11,349 nucleotides of DNA. It comes from Candidatus Pacearchaeota archaeon (lineage in GTDB: Archaea > Nanobdellota > Nanobdellia > Pacearchaeales > GW2011-AR1). Shown here in pieces: positions 7,902 to 11,349 of the stretch; the stretch's first letter is position 1, and every line of letters starts with the position of its first letter. The notes below the pieces were generated by a model. That model made no database searches and was not told the DNA's origin. It worked only from the letters and a program-made list of their open reading frames with translations. Position numbers and translations under genes: made by a program. The DNA is taken from the NCBI GenBank assembly GCA_018303825.1, contig JAGVXK010000004.1:1-11349 (forward strand), read 5' to 3'.

Positions 7902-8165
7902 TTAAACCTCTAAAGAACCCTCGAGCATCTTTTTGAGATGCTCTGGCTCAGAATAAATCCATTGTATTCCTTTAGGACCGTATATTACCTTGCCACTTCT
8001 CCATAAATATTCTAAAATAACCTGCAAAGTTTGGTGCATTATCTGTTTAGGTAATTTTCTTTTCAGTTCAGATAATTTCATTGGAACATCTCTATGCTTT
8101 TTAAGAAAATCTTCTACCATTATAACCGTGCTTAAATTTGGATATCTTATCGTTTTATTTATCAT
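7902..8165 (-). CDS. Small winged-helix-like DNA-binding protein, putative antitoxin/regulator
   Basis: 87 aa; MKLSELKRKLP...HQTLQVILEYLWRSGKVIYGPKGIQWI reads as helix-turn-helix plus wing. Has its own TATA box and a palindrome upstream. Confidence 0.7.
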   Translation of the reverse strand: MINKTIRYPNLSTVIMVEDFLKKHRDVPMKLSELKRKLPKQIMHQTLQVILEYLWRSGKVIYGPKGIQWIYSEPEHLKKMLEGSLEV

Positions 8166-8172
8166 TTTTATA

Positions 8173-8203
8173 TATCAATTGATACTTTTCTTATATATTT
8201 AAA
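8173..8203 (-). promoter_or_regulatory. Promoter and perfect 12-bp palindromic operator of the wHTH/RelE-like pair
   Basis: TTTAAATA on the minus strand at 8203-8196. TATCAATTGATA (8173-8184) is a perfect palindrome 7 nt from the ATG. Confidence 0.6.
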
Positions 8204-8226
8204 TGTTTTGGTTTAAAGAATGCAAA

Positions 8227-8694
8227 TCATTTTCTCCCATTCTCATATTTTGCTATCTTTGCCAGCCTTCTCTTATGCCTTATTTCTCCGCTAAATGAAG
8301 TATTCAGCCAAACAGACAATATTTCTCTCAATTTATGCTGTCCTTCTAGCCATGCCCCTAGAGTCAAAATATTTGTGTTGTTGTGCTCTCTGGAAAGCTT
8401 AGCTCCAATAACATCGGAGGCATCAACTGCCCTTATTCCCCTGACTTTGTTGGCAGCAATAGCCATCCCTGTGCCGGTCCCGCACAAAAGCACTCCTCGT
8501 GAATTCTTGAATCTTGCAACTTTTTCAGCTACTTTAAAGGCAACATCAGGATAATCATCTCCTTCCTTGAACTCTGAAGAAAAATCAAGATATTTTATTT
8601 TCCTATTCTGAAGATATTTCTTCACATAGCTCTTTAAAACAAATCCTGCATGGTCTGCCCCAAGAAACACAATAGATATCTCCTCTCTTTTCAT
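8227..8694 (-). CDS. rpiB: Ribose-5-phosphate isomerase B (RpiB/LacAB family)
   Basis: Motifs GADHAG, DDYPD, CGTGTG, ANKVRGIRA, SREHNNTNIL and RHKRRLAKI. Start set at ATG 8694, 4 nt after the upstream stop, rather than the track's 8721. Confidence 0.93.
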   Translation of the reverse strand: MKREEISIVFLGADHAGFVLKSYVKKYLQNRKIKYLDFSSEFKEGDDYPDVAFKVAEKVARFKNSRGVLLCGTGTGMAIAANKVRGIRAVDASDVIGAKLSREHNNTNILTLGAWLEGQHKLREILSVWLNTSFSGEIRHKRRLAKIAKYENGRK

Positions 8695-8698
8695 TTTA

Positions 8699-9094
8699 CT
8701 ATTCTTCAAACAAAGATTCAAGCTTTAAATTCTTTGTCTTTCTTCTGTCCAAAACAACAAAAATATGCTCTGGTTCAAATCCAATTATCTTTATTGCATC
8801 TCTTAAGCTTCTTTCTGTAATGCAAACATCATCTATTAAACAATACTTTCCATTTATTTTTCCTTTAAGTTCTTTGTCTTTTATCATTGCAAATTGCCTA
8901 AAGTGGCCTGCAATAATAGCTCCAGCTGTAGCAATGCCAACATATGTAAATCTTCCAAGTGGAATTGAGTTAATAATCATATCAAAATAATTCTTATCTG
9001 TTAATAATGCATTCACATCGTATAACTTATCAGAAATCCCTCCGCTATGCAACCCAAAACTGCCTCTTTTTATATAATGTTCTGGAAATTGCAT
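8699..9094 (-). CDS. Minimal type I phosphoribosyltransferase, orotate-PRT-like (131 aa)
   Basis: RGSFGLHSGGISDKLYD matches the PyrE-like N-terminal G.F.L.SG..S..Y.D. Also VGIATAG, YCLIDDVCITERS (PRPP motif variant) and VVLDRR. ATG 9094 follows the upstream TGA by 1 nt; the track's TTG at 9115 is an alternative start. Confidence 0.8.
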   Translation of the reverse strand: MQFPEHYIKRGSFGLHSGGISDKLYDVNALLTDKNYFDMIINSIPLGRFTYVGIATAGAIIAGHFRQFAMIKDKELKGKINGKYCLIDDVCITERSLRDAIKIIGFEPEHIFVVLDRRKTKNLKLESLFEE

Positions 9095-9095
9095 T

Positions 9096-9293
9096 TCAAA
9101 ATCTTTCGGCGCCAACTACCTGATGCATAAGAATAGAAGCATCCTGATAGTCCTGCCTCAAACTATTATCAACATAACTTTTCTCCATATTCCCCTGATG
9201 TTTAAATAAACTTGAAGGTTTGGCATTTTTCATTAATTCTGCAGAATCTAATAAAACTCTTGGTATAATTCTTGTTTCAACGTTCTTTGCCAT
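9096..9293 (-). CDS. Hypothetical 65-aa protein within the tpiA operon
   Basis: ATG directly abuts the tpiA TAA, and its TGA is 1 nt from the next ATG. It fills the gap exactly, with no competing gene. Confidence 0.7.
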   Translation of the reverse strand: MAKNVETRIIPRVLLDSAELMKNAKPSSLFKHQGNMEKSYVDNSLRQDYQDASILMHQVVGAERF

Positions 9294-9926
9294 TTAAAGC
9301 AATCCAGAAACCTCTTTCAAAAATTTTTCTGGATGTTGGGAATTTGCCACTACACTTGAAACTAAAATTCCCTTGCATCCTAAAAGCAAAGCCTGCGCGA
9401 CATCTTCCGGAGTAGATATTCCCGCACCGCATAAAGGCAGAATATCTGTTCCTTTCAATAAATCAACGAACTTCTTAACACTATTAATTCTGTTCTTAGT
9501 TATACTTTTTCCTGTAGCAATTAATTTGGGATCTTCAAAGGCAATTGCATATGGACTAAGCTTTTTTATCCTATCTGTCTCTTTTAATGTAGCTACGCAT
9601 ACTATTAATTTCAAGCCAAGCTCATTGCATCTTTCAGCTATCTTCTTCATCATCTGCAGGCTAAGTTTATTTTCAGAATGATTCAGCAAACTTCCCTTGG
9701 CTCCAGAATCAAGAACATATTCAGGGATTATCTTTCCGGTGCCGTGACCCCTTTCAGGCAAATCAACTGCCTGCGCAAAAACTGGAATATTAATTTCTTT
9801 AGAAACCTCTTTCAAATAAGGGGCAGGAATGGCAACAATTGCCTTATTGCAATAAATATCAATAGTCCTGACAAGATCAAGGACTTCTTTTCCAACTTTG
9901 TAATTTTTAAAATTTACTACCAGCAT
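9294..9926 (-). CDS. tpiA: Triosephosphate isomerase, archaeal short type
   Basis: Motifs VVNFKNY (Lys), LLNHSE (His), AFEDPKLIATG (Glu), LCGAGIS and GILVSS. 210 aa. GAGGT SD-like motif at 9935-9931. Confidence 0.93.
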   Translation of the reverse strand: MLVVNFKNYKVGKEVLDLVRTIDIYCNKAIVAIPAPYLKEVSKEINIPVFAQAVDLPERGHGTGKIIPEYVLDSGAKGSLLNHSENKLSLQMMKKIAERCNELGLKLIVCVATLKETDRIKKLSPYAIAFEDPKLIATGKSITKNRINSVKKFVDLLKGTDILPLCGAGISTPEDVAQALLLGCKGILVSSVVANSQHPEKFLKEVSGLL

Positions 9927-10059
9927 TTTAACCTCTAAAAAGATATGATTTCAAGGCTTATTAAGTTTTGGATTCAGAAAACCTTATCAAACATAATTCT
10001 TATTACATTCTATATTTTATCACAACAAGAAACCTATTTAACTTTTATGATATTGCAAA

Positions 10060-10362
10060 CTAAGCATTAACAAATGCTGATAAATCAGAACTCCTCTTTT
10101 GATTATCAAACTCCTTTGATGCCCTTACTCCAGCTCTTCTCGCATCCTCTTCCTTAATTTCCAGTTCACACCTAGAAAGATCATTATCTCTTGTAAACAA
10201 ATCTAAGCCCCATTCTTTCCAGTTATCATATGCTGGGCAAAATTCACAATTGCAATTAGGTCTCTGTAGAGTCCAGTTAATGCTCTCATGATATAGATTC
10301 CAATCCGTTTTATTAAGAATTTCCTGAATCTCTTCCTTTGTATATACTTTTCTTTCCGTCAT
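10060..10362 (-). CDS. Hypothetical protein with a CxCxxCPAY motif
   Basis: 100 aa, starting 1 nt after the nac stop; contains NCNCEFCPAY plus a fourth Cys. Confidence 0.7.
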   Translation of the reverse strand: MTERKVYTKEEIQEILNKTDWNLYHESINWTLQRPNCNCEFCPAYDNWKEWGLDLFTRDNDLSRCELEIKEEDARRAGVRASKEFDNQKRSSDLSAFVNA

Positions 10363-10363
10363 T

Positions 10364-10690
10364 TTAACTTAATTTTATTATTGCCTCTGCAATATCTCCA
10401 GTCTCTTCAAGAGCCTTCCCCGCCTTCTCTCTGCTTGCTCCTGTTTTTTCCATTACCATCTTAATATCTTCCTCGCTAATCTTAACTTCCAGAGTCTCTT
10501 CCCTTACCTCTCCTGTTACTTGATAATTTGCCTGTCCTTGCATGGTCATTTTAACCACATTTGTAGGTTCAATAATAATTCTTTTCTCCTTTCCCTCAAT
10601 TATAACTCTCTCTGCATCTACTTCTTCCTGCTTTATTCCCATCTGCTTCATCAAGCCCTGCATTTTTTTAGGGTCTAATCCGCCGAACAT
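10364..10690 (-). CDS. nac: Archaeal nascent polypeptide-associated complex protein
   Basis: DPKKMQGLMKQMGIKQEEVDAERVII...YQVTG and a C-terminal UBA-like segment (EDIKMVMEKTGASREKAGKALEETGDIAEAI). Start set at ATG 10690 (MFGG), about 21 nt from a TATA-like ATATATAA at 10718-10711. Confidence 0.93.
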   Translation of the reverse strand: MFGGLDPKKMQGLMKQMGIKQEEVDAERVIIEGKEKRIIIEPTNVVKMTMQGQANYQVTGEVREETLEVKISEEDIKMVMEKTGASREKAGKALEETGDIAEAIIKLS

Positions 10691-10764
10691 AAGTTTATTC
10701 AATAAATTCATTATATATATCTTTCTAAGCATAAAATTATAAACTAAAAAAACATAATGTAAAC

Positions 10765-11190
10765 ATGAAATTAGGCGTTGGAGGGATAATCCTTAAAGAT
10801 AATGAAACTCTTCTTGTACTAAGACAGAATTGTTCAACTTTTAATGATATGTGGGCAAATCCTGGCGGCAGTCCAGAAGGTGATGAATCTCCAGAACAGA
10901 CAGCAATTAGAGAATTGGAAGAGGAACTTGGAGTAAAAACGAGAGTACTGAAAAGGCTTGATGATTATCTCCACATAGTCGACAATAAATTAAGGGGTGT
11001 TTTCACGGGATATTTGGTTGAAATCTTGGAAGAGGAACCTAGAAATAACCACCCTGAAAAAATAAAAGAAATAAGATATTTTCCACTAAGTAATCTTCCG
11101 AAAAATCTGGCCCCATTCACAAGAAAATACCTAGAAGTCTTGGTAGAAGAGCAAAGACTGCAAAGAGAATCTCTAAGCACAGAAGATTAG
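10765..11190 (+). CDS. Nudix hydrolase
   Basis: Complete Nudix box G-SPEGD-E-SPEQTAI-RELEEELGV (GX5EX7REUXEEXGU). Confidence 0.92.
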   Translation: MKLGVGGIILKDNETLLVLRQNCSTFNDMWANPGGSPEGDESPEQTAIRELEEELGVKTRVLKRLDDYLHIVDNKLRGVFTGYLVEILEEEPRNNHPEKIKEIRYFPLSNLPKNLAPFTRKYLEVLVEEQRLQRESLSTED

Positions 11191-11221
11191 TGAACTACCT
11201 TATAGCAGGCTATGGGGAATC
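11190..11221 (-). mobile_element. Degenerate IS200/IS605-type right-end hairpin (older remnant)
   Basis: The minus strand reads GATTCCCCATAGCCTGCTATAAGGTAGTTCAC: an imperfect hairpin (11198-11217) followed by GTAGTTCAC, the same layout as the intact end 63 bp away. Confidence 0.55.
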
Positions 11222-11252
11222 AGATAATGTTCAGTTAAACTATTTTTATCTT

Positions 11253-11349
11253 GTGACATCCTCCTAGCCCTAAAGGGCTAGGCGTCCAGTTAGTCTTATT
11301 GCGTCGCGTGGTGCAACGATTGATTTTCTATATATGTAAATACTTGTTC
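11253..11349 (-). mobile_element. IS200/IS605-family element, right end (truncated by the window edge)
   Basis: tnpA 3' end followed by GACG-CCTAGCCC-TTTA-GGGCTAGG-AGGATG-TCAC: a perfect 8-bp hairpin (11263-11282) and a TCAC end tetranucleotide (11256-11253). Confidence 0.8.
11296..11349 (-). CDS. tnpA: IS200/IS605 Y1 transposase, C-terminal 17 aa (partial)
   Basis: The minus-strand frame from 11349 reads EQVFTYIENQSLHHATQ*. YIENQ is the YxxxQ catalytic-Tyr helix of Y1 transposases. The stop is 13 nt from the right-end hairpin. Confidence 0.8.
   Translation of the reverse strand, partial: EQVFTYIENQSLHHATQ

Noticed and set aside
1627-11180. Short antisense ORFs from the track: 1627-1824, 2292-2600, 2727-2990, 2885-3193, 4277-4531, 4640-4942, 5057-5359, 5424-5627, 7402-7602, 7990-8202, 9373-9681, 9678-9938, 10542-10742, 10965-11180
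   Set aside because: Each lies largely opposite a well-supported gene, is F/L/S/I-rich as expected for the reverse of A-rich coding DNA, and has no motifs.
11190-11349. Possible tRNA, or TnpB omega-RNA/HEARO RNA, at the GC-richer right edge
   Set aside because: There is no cloverleaf or T-loop motif. The GC-rich part is explained by the tnpA tail and end hairpins, and only 13 nt separate the stop from the hairpin, too little for an omega-RNA scaffold.
1-11349. CRISPR array, rRNA or long repeats
   Set aside because: No regularly spaced direct repeats or rRNA-like sequence seen; nearly all of the window is explained by protein-coding genes.

Overview
AT-rich archaeal window, most consistent with a DPANN lineage such as Pacearchaeota or Woesearchaeota. 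This is inferred from the archaeal NAC, archaeal-type TPI and PGK, and TATA boxes about 21-23 nt upstream of start codons. The core is a triose/pentose-phosphate cluster: D-2-hydroxyacid (D-lactate-like) dehydrogenase with a PfkB kinase; bacterial-type (class I) gap with pgk; and a convergent minus-strand run of tpiA, a 65-aa ORF, a mini phosphoribosyltransferase, rpiB, a wHTH/RelE-like pair and rpe. The left flank holds an AbrB-like/nucleotidyltransferase fusion coupled to a small helical protein. The right flank holds nac, a Cys-motif ORF and a Nudix hydrolase. At the right edge is the 3' end of an IS200/IS605 tnpA that the ORF track missed, followed by two tandem right-end hairpins. All calls are motif recognition by eye; no searches were run.
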